Assembly (NCBI GenBank): GCA_030668825.1
Contig: DAOVET010000070.1
Location: 1-13,806, forward strand
Length of the DNA stretch: 13,806 nt
Direction: 5' to 3'
DNA from: Candidatus Heimdallarchaeota archaeon
Lineage (GTDB): Archaea; Asgardarchaeota; Heimdallarchaeia; Heimdallarchaeales; Heimdallarchaeaceae
Shown here: piece by piece, positions 13,732 to 13,806 of the stretch
Position numbering within the stretch: the first letter of the stretch is position 1
Layout of the letters: each line of letters starts with the position of its first letter
Notes under the pieces: generated by a model
Database searches by the model: none
Told to the model about the DNA's origin: nothing
The model's input: only the letters and a program-made list of their open reading frames with translations
Program-made: the position numbers and the translations under genes

Positions 13732-13806
13732 CAGAAAGAGATTTCTCTCTATATGCCTTAGTAACGTTTCTACTCGAAGCAAAGGTATACCCTTCTTAAT
13801 AAGAAC

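Noticed and set aside
1-13806. tRNA/rRNA genes, CRISPR arrays, transposases, integrases, defence systems
   Set aside because: Intergenic gaps are short and AT-rich, with no cloverleaf, no regularly spaced repeats and no recombinase or nuclease motifs seen by eye. A covariance-model search was not possible.

Overview
AT-rich, gene-dense archaeal window, most likely from an Asgard archaeon (possibly Heimdallarchaeia; inferred from a CDP-archaeol synthase occurring alongside a Rab-like small GTPase and BRE/TATA promoters). In order it holds: the 3' part of a xanthine dehydrogenase Mo subunit and xdhC; an unannotated 47-aa single-TM protein; a Rab-like GTPase; bcp and a nitroreductase; a ~7-TM protein with a polyproline/acidic tail; a membrane-anchored, sequon-rich arylsulfotransferase-like protein; an isolated YyaL/SSP411 C-terminal domain coupled to an HExxH metallopeptidase; a small membrane protein; a class I/II aminotransferase; a Zn-binding/winged-helix-like hypothetical divergent from carS; carS; a PAS histidine-kinase-like protein with a degenerate ATP-binding domain; and a membrane-anchored PHP hydrolase. 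I saw no tRNA, rRNA, CRISPR array or mobile element. The best leads are a possible regulatory module around carS (Zn/wHTH gene, inverted repeat flanking the carS TATA box, pseudokinase), the hidden microprotein next to the unprenylated Rab-like GTPase, and the polyproline-tailed membrane protein. All family calls come from motif recognition, not database searches.
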